A stretch of 64,000 nucleotides of DNA. Origin: a virus. Lineage: Duplodnaviria > Caudoviricetes. The notes below the pieces were generated by a model. The model saw only the letters and a list, made by a program, of their open reading frames with translations, did no database searches and had not been told where the DNA came from. The stretch covers positions 11,741 to 75,740 of IMG/VR virus record IMGVR_UViG_3300037418_002791. One strand, given 5' to 3'. Of the stretch, positions 1 to 11,064 are shown piece by piece. How positions within the stretch are numbered: position 1 is the first letter of the stretch; each line of letters begins with the position of its first letter. The position numbers and the translations under genes were made by a program.

Positions 1-19
1 CCTCCCCGACAAAGGCGCG

Positions 20-334
20 GTGAAAACCGCTCTCCGCGAAGGTGATTGGGACGAGGAGCGCTACATCCTCGCTCGGATCGCCAACGAGATGATCTTCTCC
101 CGCGCCGACTTCGCCAACGTGCACGGCGGCAAGTCCGACCCGGCGCCGCTGCTGTCTCCGAAGCAGGCGGCCGAAGACGAGGCCGAGAAACAGGCCGCGC
201 GCGACGTGCGCTCGCTGATCCGCGCACAGATCCATGGCGAGTTCGTCGCACCCGCACAGCCGGGCCGCGAGTTCGTCGGCGAGGTCCAGCACAACAAGGC
301 GATCACCAAGAACACCGTGGGGGGTGAAGTGTAG
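20..334 (+). CDS. Tail assembly chaperone (probably C-terminal part)
   Basis: Directly upstream of and abutting the tape measure gene; true start may lie outside the window. Confidence 0.55.
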   Translation: MKTALREGDWDEERYILARIANEMIFSRADFANVHGGKSDPAPLLSPKQAAEDEAEKQAARDVRSLIRAQIHGEFVAPAQPGREFVGEVQHNKAITKNTVGGEV

Positions 335-3300
335 TGAGCGGTTCCGGCGCGAAAGTCTTCCTGGACATTATGCCCAGGATGGGGGCGGGCGAACTCGACA
401 AGGTTCTCAACCGTGTCTCGGGTCGCGTCGGAACCTTCTCGCAGGACATGAACAAGTCGCTGGGGTCCGGCATCGGAACCGCAGCGTCTTCCGCGATGGA
501 CCGCGAGGCCGCGCGCATCGACACCGCGATGAAGACGGCGCAGGCCAACGTCAGTCGCTCGCTCGAAGGCATCGCCAAGTCGCAGGACTCGCAGATCGTC
601 AACCTCGCGAAATATCGTGCGGCGCAGCAGAACTACGCCGAGACGATCGCGGCCGGCTACGAAACGTCATCCTCGCGCGGGATCAGCGCACTGGCCCGCC
701 TCGAGTCGGCCGAGTTCCGTTACCAGGGCTCGCTGAAGGCCACCGAGACGGCCGCACGCGATCACGCCGCGGCGATGGCTGCGATGAACGAAGCGCAGCG
801 CGACCAGGCTGCGTTCCACGACGCGCAGGCCGCCTCTATGGGGCGGGTCGCCAAGGCGGCCACCACCGTGGTTGCCGGCGTAGGCATCGGCATGGCCGTG
901 GCGATGGGCGAGGGCGCGAAGAAGGCGGCCGACCTCGATCAGCAACTCACGCTGCTGGTCACCTCTGCGGGTGAGTCGACGAAGAACATCGGCGGCCTGC
1001 GTGACGGAATCCTGGACCTGCAGGCCAAATACGGTTACAGCGCAACCGATCTCGCGCAAGCACTGCGCACGGTCGAGCAGGCCGGCTACCACGGCTCCGA
1101 CGCGCTGACCGTCCTGACCGGCGCGACCAAAGAGTCGGTGCTCGAGAACGCGAACCTCAAAGACGTCGCGGACTTGATGACGACCACGATGGCCGACTAC
1201 GGCGACCAGCTCTCGGCCACCGGCGACGTGCAAGAGATGGTCAACAAGACCATGAGTACGCAGGTCGCGGCGATCTCTCAGTCGAAAGCCACCCTCGACG
1301 AGTACTCCAAGTCACTGGGCTCGGTCGAGGAGATCGCGCACAACACGCACCTGAACCTGTCGGATCTCAACGCCTCGTTCGCCGAGATGACGCAGCACGG
1401 CATCACGCCGCAGCAGACCACCGATTACCTGCGCGCGAACATCCGCTCTCTGAGCGGGCCCTCGCAGCAGCAGCTCTCGGAGTGGGGTCAGCTCGGCCTC
1501 AGCAAGCAGCAGGTGCAGGACAGCCTCAGCAAGCAGGGCATCGCGGCCACCGACGAGATGATCTCGCAGTCGATCCTGCAGCGGATGTCATCTCAGGGGC
1601 CCGATGGGCGCCTGCTGCTCAACGCCTTCAACACCTCGAAGGATCAGCGCGAATCCGCGGACGTGATGTTGTCGGCGATGGCGACGCGCAGTCCCGAATC
1701 TGCCGCTATCGCACAGCGATTCATGACGGCCGAGAGTGTGGCCGCCGCCAATCCCGACGTGGGCGCCAGCGCCGCGGCGACCTCGGGAGCACAAGAGACT
1801 TTCGCGAAAGACGTTCGCGGACTGCCCCTCGACGAGCAGGCGATGCTCAAACAGTGGGCGACGACCTACATGAAGTCCCAAGGCTTCAACGACATGCTGC
1901 GCCAGGGCAAAGGCTCGTCGCAGACCTACATCGAGGCCATGAACCGCGCGATGGGTACGCAGGAGGCGTCCCAGACCGCACAGAACCTCACCGGCGCCAA
2001 CTACGGAGGCGTGCTCGATCGCCAAGGCAAGATCGACAAAGGCGTCGACATCGACAAAGAGGTCACCGAGCAGCAGGACAACCTCAAGGCCAAGACCCGC
2101 GATCTCACCGGCGCATTCAACTCGCTGGAGACCAAACTCGGCGAGGCGACACAGGGCCCGCTGAAGTCGTTCGTCGATGAGCTGACCAAGGCCGTCAAGT
2201 GGCTGACTGATCACCAGAACGTGATGCAGGGCCTTATTCTCGCGGCCGGCGGCGCTGCTGCGGCACTGCTGGCCATCAAGACCATCAATATGGTCGGCGG
2301 CCTGTTCGGTCGCTCGACCCTCGCCGGAGACATCATCGCCGGCACCGCGCGCAAGGGCAAGCAGGGCGTCCAGAAGGCCGCCAGTGCGCTCGGCAAGGGC
2401 GGGGCGGTTGCCGCCAACTACGTCGGCTCGTACTCCGAGGAAGTCGCGGCCGTAGCCCAAGGCGCACGCGAGGGCGTCGCCTCGGGACTGGCCTCGATGA
2501 AGGCCGGCGCGCTCTCGGGGCTGTCGACGGCGAAAGACGTTGCCACCAATCCCGGATTCGCCACGGATGCCGCTCGGGCGAAGGCGAAGCAGACCGGCAA
2601 CGCGGCCGTGGACAAGGCCGGCCAGATGATCTATGTCCCCGGCGCGCTGGGGTCCAAGGCCGCCGATTTCAGTGATCGAGTTGGCCTGACTGCAGCGGGT
2701 ATGGCCGCGAGCGAGAAGGCGTCGAAAGCCGGCGGGAAGCTACGGGGCCTCACCGGCAAACTGAAGGGCGCCGGCGGCAGGCTCGGCGGTATCGGCATGG
2801 GCATCGCCGCGGCCGGTTTGCCGATCGCGATGATCGCCGGTTCCGGGAAGGCCAACGCTGACGACGGCTCCGGGGGCGGAGACAACGGCATCGATTGGCA
2901 GTCCTACGCCCTCGATGCGGCGATGATCGCCCCGGCGGTGCCCGGTGTGTTCGGCGCGGCGAAATCCGTTGGCAAGGGCGCTGTTTCGGTCGCCAAGAAA
3001 ATCCCCGGGGCGGCCTTGAAGGCTGTGAGCGTCGTGGGGGACGTGGCCTCGACGGTCGGCGACTTCGGTGCTGGCGCGGCAACCAAGGCCGTCTCCGCGA
3101 TCGGCGCTGCCGGCAAGGCGGTCAAGGACTTTCAGGTCGGCGCGAAGCTCGCCCAGACCGCGACAAAGGCGTGGGAGGTCGCGCAGGTCGCGCTCGACGT
3201 CGTACTGAATGCCAACCCGATCGGGCTGGTCGTGGCGGCCATCGCGGCATTGGTCGCGGGCGTTATCTACGCCTACACGCATTTCCAGTGGTTCCGCGAC

Positions 3301-6300
3301 ATCGTGAACGATGTCTGGGGCTGGATCAAGAAATTCGCGGCGTGGATCGCCGACGAATTCATGAAGACCTGGAACAACGCGCTGAACGACCTGAAGGCGA
3401 TCTGGTCGTTTATCTACGACAAGATCTTCAAATTCTATATCGATCAGGTCAAGACGTATCTGACCGATTTCATCGGCTACTTCAAGAACGTCGGCAAGGG
3501 CATCGGCGACGTCCTTTCCGGAATCAAGGATTTGTTCTCCGGCAACACCGAGGGCATCAAAAAGATCTGGGACGGCCTCAAGGAAATCGCCGCCGCGCCA
3601 GTGAAGTTCGTGATCGATACCGTCTACAACGACGGCATCGTGAAGCTGTGGAACGGTGTGGCGAGCGTATTCCACCTCGATTCCATGAAGCTGACTCCGA
3701 TTAATTTCGGTGCCTCCGGTGGTGGTATTGCACCAGACTGCAGTGGTGTTGTCAACGCGGCCGGCGGAACCGTTCTTCCGGGATACACGCCGGGGCGCGA
3801 CTCGATTCCCGCGATGCTTTCCCCGGGCGAGGGTGTGGCCGTTCCGGAATTGGTTCAGGCCATCGGTCCGGGCAATTTCATGGCGCTCAATCGCAAATTC
3901 TCGCGGGGCCGTCCGTCGGCGAACGAGAAGGCGGGTCTGCCCATTCCGCACGCCGAGGGCGGCGGCATCTTCGGCGATATCGGCGGCGCGATCGGCAAGA
4001 TCGGTGGAGCGGTCGGTCACGGACTGTCCGACGCCTGGGACTTCGCCAAGGACGCGGGCAAGATCCTCTCCGACCCGATCGGGTACATCAAGAAGGCTTT
4101 CGAGGCAATCACCAAGAAGGCCACCGACTTTGGCGATTCGTCCGAGTGGGCGCACGCGCTGATCACGTTCCCGCACTCGGTGATGGACGCGGTGGTCGAC
4201 TGGGTGAAGGCGCACGTCGGTCTCGGCGGCAGTGGCCGGCCCGGCGACACTCCGGTGACCGTCGGCGCCAGCGCGGAACAGTGGCGGCCTCTGGCGATGC
4301 AGGCACTCGCGGACGAGGGCTACACCCCGCCCGAGGCGTACATCGACGCGATGATCGCCCAGATCCAGACCGAATCGTCGGGTAACCCCAACGTCTACCA
4401 GCAGGTCCAGGACGTCAACTCGGGCGGCAACGAAGCCGCGGGCCTGCTGCAGGTCATTCCGTCGACCTTCGAGGCGTACCGCGACCCGAAAGACCCGGAC
4501 AACCGCCTGGACCCCAAGGCCAACATGGATGCCGCCCTGCGGTACATGCGCGGACGCTACGACGGCGATATCAACGGCGTCTGGGGTCACGGCCACGGTT
4601 ACGCCGGCGGTGGTATCGCTCCGGGCGGTGTCCATCAGCCGAAGTCGGGCGCCGACAAAGACTCCGGCGACATCTACACCCCGTCGACCCCGAAGGCCAA
4701 GAAGCAGAAGAAGCAGGCCGACGACACCGCGATCAAGCGGGCGTGGGCCTGGATTCAGTCGGTCGCCGGCCGCCCGTACAACTACGGCACGGACCTCGAC
4801 TGCTCCGGATTCCTGTCCGGCGTCTACGACTCGCTGCTGGATCACCCGATCGGCCGCGCGTTCACCACGGTCAGCGACTTCGCCTCGCTCGGCTTCAAAA
4901 AGGGCATGGGCGGGATCTTCTCGATCGGCGTCAACCCGAAGCCTGATCAGGCCGGCCACATGGCAGGTCTGTTCAACGGGCACCGCATCGAGTCCGCCGC
5001 CGGCAAGGGTATCGCGGTCGACGGTGCGGCCATCGGGCCCGACGACCCGATGTTCTCCGACCACTGGTTCCTGCCCGGGTCGATGTTCGTCCCTGCCTAC
5101 ACAGGCAAGGGCGCGAACTCCAACTCGGCCGAAGGCAAGATGGACAACGCCGCGAGTGCGGCATCGGAGAAGGCGCAGAAGAAGCGCGATTCAGCCAACC
5201 ACTACAACGAGCTGGTTCAGAAAGAGCACGACCAGGCCGGCAAGTATCAGCAGAAGATCGACGACTATCAGGCGAAGCTGGATAACGCCCAGGCGCATCT
5301 GAACCTCGCGATCACCGCGGCCGACAAGGCGAGCTGGACCAAGAAGGTTCAGACGTATCAGCGGGAGCTGGACAACGCGCGGACCGGTCAGCAGAAGGCC
5401 AATCAGCGCGCTGAGCAGTACCAGCAGAAGGCGGACAAGGCCAATTCCGACGCCGCCGACATGGACACCAAGGCGAAGACCTACAGCGACCGCGCCAAGG
5501 CCGGTCAGTTCGGCGAGAACGGCGACGGAACAAAGACCGGCAACGGCCAGAACGGCGATCAGCAGCAGCCCCACCTGATGACCCCGGTCGAGTTCGGGCA
5601 GCAGCTCGGCGGGCTGGCGGTGTCCGGCCTGCTCGAGACGTTCGGTCTGAACAACACGGTGTTCGCCGATCCGAACCAGTCGCCGATCTTCAAGGTCGCC
5701 AACGCCGCGATGCAGGCGAAATACGTTGGCCCGCAGAACATGCTGGACCAGCAGGCGCCCAAGGACGACAACAATTCGGGCAACGAGGATTCCGGCAGCG
5801 ACACGTTCACCGTCTCGCCGGATTCCTACACCGACAACATGCCCTCGCCGTCGGACTACGGTACGCAGCCCACGCCCGAGGATGACGACGATTCCTCTCC
5901 GTCGATCTCTCCCGACACCTATGCCGGCGACGACATGGGTCAGGCGGAGGCCGACATCAACAACGGAGTCGTACCCAACGGCGCCGGGATCGCTGCCGGT
6001 CAGCGGGTTGAGAGCCGCGCGCAGGCGCAATCGCTGATGGACGCGCTGAAGAGCAAGCCCACCCACGATCAGGGCGGCTTCCTCAAAGAGGGTCTGCAGC
6101 TGGTCAACAACCTCACCGGCCGGCCCGAGCCTGTGCTCACGCCCACCGAGGGAGACAACCTCAAGGCGCTGGCCTCGGGCGGCACCGGCGACGACATGGC
6201 GCGGGCCTTGGTGCACATCGGCAGCCAAACGATCCACAACGGCGACTACCAGAAGGCCGCCAAGGAGGTCGTGCGCGAAATGAACCGATACCGGAAGAAC

Positions 6301-6309
6301 GGCCGCTGA
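334..6309 (+). CDS. Tape measure protein with lysozyme/SLT-like and NlpC/P60-like domains
   Basis: 1991 aa, Ala/Gly-rich helical, TMP-typical NPIGLVVAAIAALVAG..Y..F.WFRD motif; QTESSGNP...AAGLLQVIPSTF and YNYGTDLDCSG...GHMA motifs. Confidence 0.95.
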   Translation: MSGSGAKVFLDIMPRMGAGELDKVLNRVSGRVGTFSQDMNKSLGSGIGTAASSAMDREAARIDTAMKTAQANVSRSLEGIAKSQDSQIVNLAKYRAAQQNYAETIAAGYETSSSRGISALARLESAEFRYQGSLKATETAARDHAAAMAAMNEAQRDQAAFHDAQAASMGRVAKAATTVVAGVGIGMAVAMGEGAKKAADLDQQLTLLVTSAGESTKNIGGLRDGILDLQAKYGYSATDLAQALRTVEQAGYHGSDALTVLTGATKESVLENANLKDVADLMTTTMADYGDQLSATGDVQEMVNKTMSTQVAAISQSKATLDEYSKSLGSVEEIAHNTHLNLSDLNASFAEMTQHGITPQQTTDYLRANIRSLSGPSQQQLSEWGQLGLSKQQVQDSLSKQGIAATDEMISQSILQRMSSQGPDGRLLLNAFNTSKDQRESADVMLSAMATRSPESAAIAQRFMTAESVAAANPDVGASAAATSGAQETFAKDVRGLPLDEQAMLKQWATTYMKSQGFNDMLRQGKGSSQTYIEAMNRAMGTQEASQTAQNLTGANYGGVLDRQGKIDKGVDIDKEVTEQQDNLKAKTRDLTGAFNSLETKLGEATQGPLKSFVDELTKAVKWLTDHQNVMQGLILAAGGAAAALLAIKTINMVGGLFGRSTLAGDIIAGTARKGKQGVQKAASALGKGGAVAANYVGSYSEEVAAVAQGAREGVASGLASMKAGALSGLSTAKDVATNPGFATDAARAKAKQTGNAAVDKAGQMIYVPGALGSKAADFSDRVGLTAAGMAASEKASKAGGKLRGLTGKLKGAGGRLGGIGMGIAAAGLPIAMIAGSGKANADDGSGGGDNGIDWQSYALDAAMIAPAVPGVFGAAKSVGKGAVSVAKKIPGAALKAVSVVGDVASTVGDFGAGAATKAVSAIGAAGKAVKDFQVGAKLAQTATKAWEVAQVALDVVLNANPIGLVVAAIAALVAGVIYAYTHFQWFRDIVNDVWGWIKKFAAWIADEFMKTWNNALNDLKAIWSFIYDKIFKFYIDQVKTYLTDFIGYFKNVGKGIGDVLSGIKDLFSGNTEGIKKIWDGLKEIAAAPVKFVIDTVYNDGIVKLWNGVASVFHLDSMKLTPINFGASGGGIAPDCSGVVNAAGGTVLPGYTPGRDSIPAMLSPGEGVAVPELVQAIGPGNFMALNRKFSRGRPSANEKAGLPIPHAEGGGIFGDIGGAIGKIGGAVGHGLSDAWDFAKDAGKILSDPIGYIKKAFEAITKKATDFGDSSEWAHALITFPHSVMDAVVDWVKAHVGLGGSGRPGDTPVTVGASAEQWRPLAMQALADEGYTPPEAYIDAMIAQIQTESSGNPNVYQQVQDVNSGGNEAAGLLQVIPSTFEAYRDPKDPDNRLDPKANMDAALRYMRGRYDGDINGVWGHGHGYAGGGIAPGGVHQPKSGADKDSGDIYTPSTPKAKKQKKQADDTAIKRAWAWIQSVAGRPYNYGTDLDCSGFLSGVYDSLLDHPIGRAFTTVSDFASLGFKKGMGGIFSIGVNPKPDQAGHMAGLFNGHRIESAAGKGIAVDGAAIGPDDPMFSDHWFLPGSMFVPAYTGKGANSNSAEGKMDNAASAASEKAQKKRDSANHYNELVQKEHDQAGKYQQKIDDYQAKLDNAQAHLNLAITAADKASWTKKVQTYQRELDNARTGQQKANQRAEQYQQKADKANSDAADMDTKAKTYSDRAKAGQFGENGDGTKTGNGQNGDQQQPHLMTPVEFGQQLGGLAVSGLLETFGLNNTVFADPNQSPIFKVANAAMQAKYVGPQNMLDQQAPKDDNNSGNEDSGSDTFTVSPDSYTDNMPSPSDYGTQPTPEDDDDSSPSISPDTYAGDDMGQAEADINNGVVPNGAGIAAGQRVESRAQAQSLMDALKSKPTHDQGGFLKEGLQLVNNLTGRPEPVLTPTEGDNLKALASGGTGDDMARALVHIGSQTIHNGDYQKAAKEVVREMNRYRKNGR

Positions 6310-7238
6310 TGGGGTGGAACTTCACCCCGGCGGTCACCCCCACGCCGATGGCCGTGAATTCCCTTCTGGGAGAAGACCTCACGGTCATCACCTGGGTCGG
6401 CTGGGATGGCTCACGGTGGCCGCTGTCGGGCGGTGTCGCCCCGGTGCCTGGTGCACAGGACGGCGCGTATCTGGTCGACATCAAGGGCTTGATGGCGCCG
6501 ATCAAGCATCTCGACCAGGCGGGTGCGCGCCAAGACGGCGCTACCTGGGTGGACGCGCTGTACGACGTCGGCGAACTCGACATGACCGTCGATGTGACCG
6601 GGCGTGATCCGGCGTCGTTCCGGCGCTCGATGCGCGGGTTCGTCGATTCCTGGTCGATCCGCTCTACCGGCCGCCTGGTGTGGTTCACCTCGCAGTCGGG
6701 GGAGTGGTGGTTGGACTGCCGGCTGGGCAAAGAGTTCGGCGACGTCCTGAAGAACGCGCCGGCGATGATGAACCACCAGCAGATCTCGGTGGTCGCCCGC
6801 TACGACTTCCCGCTGTGGGCGTCGTTCGACTCCACCTCCGAGCAGATGGCCACCAGCGCAACGGTTCTCGTCGATCCGAACGGCCTCACCGCGCCGGGAT
6901 TCCTGCCGCTGTGGAACCGGGGATCTGAGCCGGGATGGCCGCGGTATCTGGTGCAGGGCCCGGGCACATTCACGATCGGCAACAACGGTGGTGACGGATA
7001 TGTCACCTTCGGCCCGCTCACCTTCGGTCAGCAAGCGCTGATCACCACGCTGCCCGGTCACCGCACCATCAAAGACCTTGCCACGGGGGTGAACTTGTAC
7101 GACCTGCTCACCAACCGTTTCTCTGCCTCGGTCGCCCCGGGCGCCCAGGCGCATATCCCGGTATCTGTCACCGGCGCGCAGGCCGGCGTCACCGCGATCT
7201 TCGGTTCGTTGACTCCGTACCGGAAGTGGCCTGAGTGA
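6309..7238 (+). CDS. Minor tail protein (distal tail-like)
   Basis: First gene after TMP; size and Trp/Gly-rich beta character typical of actinophage minor tails. Confidence 0.8.
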   Translation: MGWNFTPAVTPTPMAVNSLLGEDLTVITWVGWDGSRWPLSGGVAPVPGAQDGAYLVDIKGLMAPIKHLDQAGARQDGATWVDALYDVGELDMTVDVTGRDPASFRRSMRGFVDSWSIRSTGRLVWFTSQSGEWWLDCRLGKEFGDVLKNAPAMMNHQQISVVARYDFPLWASFDSTSEQMATSATVLVDPNGLTAPGFLPLWNRGSEPGWPRYLVQGPGTFTIGNNGGDGYVTFGPLTFGQQALITTLPGHRTIKDLATGVNLYDLLTNRFSASVAPGAQAHIPVSVTGAQAGVTAIFGSLTPYRKWPE

Positions 7239-8869
7239 CTGCAGGATTCGATCTTTCGCAGATCGATCCGCGCCTGGCGTTTCAGGCGGCCGACATCATC
7301 GCCAACGGGAATCTTCCCGAGCGCGTGGGCGATGGCAAACCGCAGTTCCTCATCGAGGTCTACGACAAGGTGTACAACGTCGTCGGGGAGATCGACGACT
7401 ATATCTCGGCCACGGTCAACTTCCAGCTGAACGGCCTCGGCACGGCCACGATCGTCATGAAGGGCGACGATCCGCTGTGGGAAACCGTAATGGCTTGCGG
7501 CACAACGGTTGTCCCTATCACGATCTGGGTCAACAACAAGCGGTGGTCGGGGCGGATCGATACGGCCGACGATGCGCGGGTCGATGGCGTAGACACCATC
7601 ACTTTACAGTGTATAAGCGACTACGCCTGGTTCCAGAAAATCTGCGTGTGGCCAAACCCGTTCCTGCCCTTGGAAATCCAGGTGCCCAAAGAGGCGATCT
7701 ACATCGGTCCCGCCTGCTCGGTGATCGCCACCATGATCACCGAGAACGCGATTCGATTGCAGGCCGGTTTCTGGGAGTGGCTGAACAACATCATCGACCC
7801 GCAAGCCTGGTTCGCCACCGCGATCGAAGGCCGCGGGCTGCTGACGCCGATTGCCGTTGTGCCCGTGGACCTTTTGCACGACCAGTCCAAGTGGGTCGCC
7901 ATCACCTCGCAGATGGCATCGCTCGACACCCTGATCGATCAGATCACCAAGGACCAGGGCATCTCGGTCAGCGCGGAGCTGTGGCTGCCCGGCGAACCGC
8001 AACCGACCACGGCATTCACCCTGACCATTCCCACGATCGTGGTGAGAGTTGAGGACCGCTCCGGTATCACCGGGCCGACCGGCACCCTGGTCGACGGCGT
8101 GATTCGTGAGGTCGTCGACATCGCCGACGGCGCGTTCGGCGAGACGATCCAGCCGTTCACCGATTCCGAATTCGCCCCTCCCGGTGTGGATCTCGCGCCG
8201 ATCTTCGGATTCCACTGGAAGCGGCCGTGGCTGCTGCTGACCGATCACCCGCGCTCGGGCGTCAAAGAGTTTCACACGATGGGCCACCACACCCAGGCGC
8301 ACACCGTCATCTCCGGAGGACGATCGCCAACCTGGGTGAACAAGCTGATCGATCTCATCTTGGAGTTCGCGCTCTCGGAGATTCTGCTTGCGATCGGCGT
8401 GGTCGGAATCGCAAACACGTTGCTGGACGGAGTATTCGACAACATCATCCTCGCCTACCAGGAGATCGAGAACGCGCCCCGGCGCTTCGCCAACGGGCCC
8501 TACTGCTTCCCGGAGATCTTCGTCTCGGCCGGCTCTACCGCCTGGACCCTGAGCGAATTTTTCAACCTGTTCAACGGCATGTGGGACTCGCGCGGTTTCT
8601 ACTCGTGGGAACTCATTTTCTACGACGGGGTGCCCTACAGCTTCGGATACGACTTCGATCTTGGTGATCTGGTCAGCTGGCTTCGCCGATCCAAGCTCTA
8701 CACCGATTACGTCCTCGCCGTCCAGGCGACCGATGACCGCAACAAGCGCGTCGAAGTGACCGTCCAGGTCGGCGACAACAAGAGCCGCGAATCTCCGTGG
8801 GCCTCACTGCAGCGCAACCTATCTGGCCTTCAGGCCGCCATGCAAGCCGCCCTCTTGGCGCAGAACTAG
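7235..8869 (+). CDS. Minor tail protein (baseplate hub-like)
   Basis: 544 aa, position, C-terminal FDLGD..V..GD motif of actinophage minor tails. Confidence 0.8.
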   Translation: MTAGFDLSQIDPRLAFQAADIIANGNLPERVGDGKPQFLIEVYDKVYNVVGEIDDYISATVNFQLNGLGTATIVMKGDDPLWETVMACGTTVVPITIWVNNKRWSGRIDTADDARVDGVDTITLQCISDYAWFQKICVWPNPFLPLEIQVPKEAIYIGPACSVIATMITENAIRLQAGFWEWLNNIIDPQAWFATAIEGRGLLTPIAVVPVDLLHDQSKWVAITSQMASLDTLIDQITKDQGISVSAELWLPGEPQPTTAFTLTIPTIVVRVEDRSGITGPTGTLVDGVIREVVDIADGAFGETIQPFTDSEFAPPGVDLAPIFGFHWKRPWLLLTDHPRSGVKEFHTMGHHTQAHTVISGGRSPTWVNKLIDLILEFALSEILLAIGVVGIANTLLDGVFDNIILAYQEIENAPRRFANGPYCFPEIFVSAGSTAWTLSEFFNLFNGMWDSRGFYSWELIFYDGVPYSFGYDFDLGDLVSWLRRSKLYTDYVLAVQATDDRNKRVEVTVQVGDNKSRESPWASLQRNLSGLQAAMQAALLAQN

Positions 8870-8878
8870 AGGTGATCA

Positions 8879-9721
8879 ATGACTGACTCCGTGACGTGGA
8901 CCGGAAGCGTGGTCTTCACCGGCGCGACCGATCCATTGCAAACCGGCGTCGCCACACTGACCCTGACCCCGAGTGTCGGCCTGTCGAACCTGCCGGCGCT
9001 TGTGCAGGGTGACTCGGGCCTGCCTCCGGTGCTGAACTTCTCCACCACCACCTTGGCCGCCGGCGCGAGCGCCACCGTCACCGCGACGTTGGTCAGTCCC
9101 GGCGGCCCGGGCAGCGCGGCCGTGTACAACGTCGTGCTCGGCATTCCGCAGGGTGCGACCGGCGCCGCGGGCACCAACGCCACGATCAGCGGTGCGAGCG
9201 ACCTCGAGGGCGGACCGCCCGGGGCCGGCACCGACGGCTATGTGATCGCCTGGAATCAGACCGACGGCAAATGGAAGATCAGCCAGCCGCGCAAGACCTT
9301 CGGCCCGTACTCGGTGCAGAACGGCTCTTTCGCGACCGCCTACAACGGCAACCTAGGCTCGTATCAGGTTGCGTCGGTGGGTATTCCGGCGATGCCATAC
9401 GCCTGGCGTCCGGTTGTGCACGCGGGCCTGTACGCCACAGGCACGGTCAACACCCACGTCGATCTGGTCTGCCGCCTCAACAACCCGAGCACCGGCGATA
9501 TCGTCGGCTACGGACTCGGACAGACAGGCGTCGGGCCGTACCCGATCGTCTGCCAGCCGGCCTTCGGCTCGTCGATCGCCAGCGGGTCCACCTACGCGCA
9601 GGTCGCGGCCGGTAGCTCGGCAACGCTGTATCTGGTTGCGCAACAGATCAATTCGACGACAGACAACTGGCAGACCGTGAACACCAACGGGTACTTCACG
9701 GTCGAGGTCGTGTCGGCCTGA
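8879..9721 (+). CDS. Minor tail protein
   Basis: Tail operon position, short collagen-like QGATGAAG stretch. Confidence 0.7.
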   Translation: MTDSVTWTGSVVFTGATDPLQTGVATLTLTPSVGLSNLPALVQGDSGLPPVLNFSTTTLAAGASATVTATLVSPGGPGSAAVYNVVLGIPQGATGAAGTNATISGASDLEGGPPGAGTDGYVIAWNQTDGKWKISQPRKTFGPYSVQNGSFATAYNGNLGSYQVASVGIPAMPYAWRPVVHAGLYATGTVNTHVDLVCRLNNPSTGDIVGYGLGQTGVGPYPIVCQPAFGSSIASGSTYAQVAAGSSATLYLVAQQINSTTDNWQTVNTNGYFTVEVVSA

Positions 9722-10812
9722 TGGCGGTACAGAGGACCGACCCCAGCATCGCCGGGGCCGGATACACGCCGTCGGTCAATTTCGGCGCATTCGGTACGGC
9801 GATTCTCGACGGGATCGGCGCGAACATCGTCGATGGCATCGCAGATATCGATATCCCGTTTCTCGGCCAACCGTTCGCCGGTTTGCACGCCTGGGCCAAT
9901 CAGCTGCGTCAGGACGCCACCGATGCCGTGAACAACGCAATCGCCATCTCGCAGGGCGTCACCGGAAACATCACCGGCTCAACGCAATCCGGCAATGCGT
10001 CCGACGTAGGCACATCGGTCGCGATTCTGAACAACACCGTTCAGTCGTCGAGCCAACCGCCGCAGACGGTGATCATCACCGCGACTCAGGACGTGACCGT
10101 GCCCACGGGGTGCCGCACGGTCGTCATGAACATTTTCGGTGGCTCAGGTGGCGGTGCCCGCGGGGCCGTCGTCTCCGGATCGGGTCTGGCCGGCGGCGCG
10201 GGCGGTGTCGGCGGCTGGCAGAAAGACCTCTCGCTGCCGACCTACTCACTGACAAGCACGCTGCATTGCGTCGTCGGCACCAAGGGAATCGGTGCCACCA
10301 CCGACGGAACGGCCGGAACCGACGGAGGCACATCGTATGTGGCCAACGCCGCCGGCACGACGATCTACGCGCAGGCGACCGGCGGCAAGGGTGGCAAGCC
10401 GATGATGTCGGGCAGTTCGAGCCCCGATTTCTCGACCCTGAACGGGGCGCCCGGATCTGGCAACGGCATCTCCTCGCTGCCGGGTACAACCGGCGGACAT
10501 GGCGGCATCTACAACCTGGTGGCCGCTGCCGCCGGCGCGAACGGATTGAACGTCTCCGGCGGTAATGCCGGAAGCACGGGCGGCGGGAACGGCACGGCCG
10601 GCTCCGATGACAACTCCACTCTGATCCCCGGCAACGGCGGCTCGGGCGGAGGTGGAGGCGCTGCCGGCTCGTCTGGCAACGCCGGCAACGGGGCCCACGG
10701 TGGCCACCCAGCAGGCGCCGGCGGTGGTGGCGGGGCCTTTTACACATTCGGACAAAACGGCTCGGGCGGCGACGGCGCCGACGGCGAAATCTGGCTGACC
10801 TTCGTCTTTTAG
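9721..10812 (+). CDS. Glycine-rich minor tail protein
   Basis: Gly-rich GGGGG/GG.GA.G C-terminal domain typical of actinophage tail proteins. Confidence 0.7.
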   Translation: MAVQRTDPSIAGAGYTPSVNFGAFGTAILDGIGANIVDGIADIDIPFLGQPFAGLHAWANQLRQDATDAVNNAIAISQGVTGNITGSTQSGNASDVGTSVAILNNTVQSSSQPPQTVIITATQDVTVPTGCRTVVMNIFGGSGGGARGAVVSGSGLAGGAGGVGGWQKDLSLPTYSLTSTLHCVVGTKGIGATTDGTAGTDGGTSYVANAAGTTIYAQATGGKGGKPMMSGSSSPDFSTLNGAPGSGNGISSLPGTTGGHGGIYNLVAAAAGANGLNVSGGNAGSTGGGNGTAGSDDNSTLIPGNGGSGGGGGAAGSSGNAGNGAHGGHPAGAGGGGGAFYTFGQNGSGGDGADGEIWLTFVF

Positions 10813-10821
10813 GAACCACAC

Positions 10822-11064
10822 ATGCATCTCCCCGATTGGCACTGCGAAATCTGCCGCTGTTTCTCGATCCTCGGAGGCGAGGTGTCGGAGGCGGCTTACG
10901 AGAAGAACCAGCTGCGCATCGCCGAACACAAATCTCATCACGCCGATCAGCTCGAGGAGCACGACGGCGATCACGAAGCCCTGAAATTCCGCCTCCGCTT
11001 CCCTGGCGCACACGCCGCCGTGCAGAAGGTGATGGCCGCCATGGAGGTGAGCACCGATGACTGA
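10822..11064 (+). CDS. Hypothetical protein
   Basis: AGGA RBS; overlaps lysin start. Confidence 0.6.
   Translation: MHLPDWHCEICRCFSILGGEVSEAAYEKNQLRIAEHKSHHADQLEEHDGDHEALKFRLRFPGAHAAVQKVMAAMEVSTDD

Noticed and set aside
1-334. Programmed frameshift of the tail assembly chaperone
   Set aside because: Upstream gene and slippery site lie outside the window; cannot be assessed
2740-5064. Very long antisense ORFs (also 47583-49223, 53850-55298 and others)
   Set aside because: Shadow frames of GC-rich genes; no recognisable motifs
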